Part shown: piece after piece, positions 63,268-64,000 of the stretch | Layout of the letters: each line of letters begins with the position of its first letter | How positions within the stretch are numbered: the stretch's first letter is position 1 | Assembly: GCA_013791585.1 (NCBI GenBank) | Contig: VMTK01000018.1 | Span: 7,316-71,315, forward strand | Origin: Candidatus Falkowbacteria bacterium | Lineage (GTDB): Bacteria; Patescibacteriota; Patescibacteriia; Patescibacteriales; VMTK01 | DNA: 64,000 nt | Reading direction: 5' to 3' | Program-made: the position numbers and the translations under genes | Notes under the pieces: generated by a model | Seen by the model: only the letters and a program-made list of their open reading frames with translations | The model's database searches: none | What the model was told of the DNA's origin: nothing

Positions 63268-64000
63268 ATGACTCATTTAAATAAACCAAAAAATAGCGAA
63301 GTTGACGCTTATACATATATTAAAGAAGAATTAGAAAAACTTGGCTGGGTTGTTAAGAATCCGGCAAGGGTTGCCGGCGGTGAAGTTTATAAACAAAATG
63401 AAGCGCTTTACAACAAAGAGTTAAAAAAGTTTCTAATTAGAGATATGCCGGAAGCTGTTGTAAAACTTAGCGATGATGAATTTTGGGCAATTGAAAGCAA
63501 GAGAGACAGAGACAATATAGATCAGGCGCTTGATGAAGCAAAAAATCAGTATGCAAAAAAAATAAATCAAAGTAAAAAAGTAAGATGTGTTTTAATTTCA
63601 GGTGTTGCCGGCAATGATACGGATGGATATAAAGTAAGAAATCAGTATTTGAAAAATGGAAAATGGGAAGATGTTCTTTTGGAAAAAGGCAAGATAAAAA
63701 ATATTTTACTTTCTAAAAAACAAGCTCAATATATTTTAAAGCATGACACTTTTGATTGGCAAGAAGTCCCGGATCTTCCGGAAGAAAAATACATTGACTC
63801 CGCTTTAGAAATAAATGAAATTTTACATAATGCAGGAATAAATAAAAACAAAAGAGCAAGATTTATTGCAGGACTTGTTTTGTCGATGTCTGATAATTCT
63901 CCAATCAATTTAAGAGAGGATGACACTACAACTTTAGTTGAAAGTGTTAATTCTTTAATAAAAAAGAAATTAAGAGAAGTAAAAAAAGATAACTTTTACC
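63268..64000 (+). CDS. partial ORF (runs off window end), possible restriction-enzyme N-terminal PD-ExK-like domain
   Basis: Hand translation is open from the ATG at 63268 to the window end; LSDDEFWAIESKRD gives a D..ExK-like motif. Confidence 0.4.
   Translation, partial: MTHLNKPKNSEVDAYTYIKEELEKLGWVVKNPARVAGGEVYKQNEALYNKELKKFLIRDMPEAVVKLSDDEFWAIESKRDRDNIDQALDEAKNQYAKKINQSKKVRCVLISGVAGNDTDGYKVRNQYLKNGKWEDVLLEKGKIKNILLSKKQAQYILKHDTFDWQEVPDLPEEKYIDSALEINEILHNAGINKNKRARFIAGLVLSMSDNSPINLREDDTTTLVESVNSLIKKKLREVKKDNFY

Overview
AT-rich (about one third G+C by spot counts), tightly packed bacterial window. The gene content fits a reduced Patescibacteria/CPR-like genome: TrbC/VirB2-type pilin N-termini, 23S-IVS-type four-helix-bundle genes and TrmB-like regulators. 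That lineage call is inference, not a search result. The window opens in the 3' end of a 5S rRNA. Housekeeping genes present are valS, tyrS, pheS/pheT, hisS, topA, dprA, pth, der, lepB, rpsU, a Rel-type (p)ppGpp enzyme, a UvrD-type helicase-nuclease and an EndoQ-like PHP protein. Accessory content is two AbiE-like HTH+nucleotidyltransferase pairs, a HigBA-like pair, a DUF433/DUF5615 pair, one methylase-led defence islet (26-31 kb) and one apparent type II R-M pair (58-59.5 kb). Three things stand out. (1) The segment 9.0-18.4 kb is bracketed by 34-nt direct repeats and abuts a scarred tRNA cluster. It holds a seven-copy hairpin family with covarying stems and an anticodon-loop-like 7-nt loop, four copies of which form a spacerless 50-nt tandem array. 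It also holds a 1.5-kb ORF-free structured leader and a higher-G+C four-gene cassette of unknown function with a duplicated 121-nt leader. This is my best candidate for an undescribed system. (2) Essential genes carry many in-frame insertions of 7-8 nt microsatellites that are stop-free in all six frames. (3) The same genes also carry GC-rich palindromic elements that recur intergenically. No CRISPR array, cas gene, integrase, transposase or reverse transcriptase was recognised. All protein calls rest on motifs read by eye; no searches were run.
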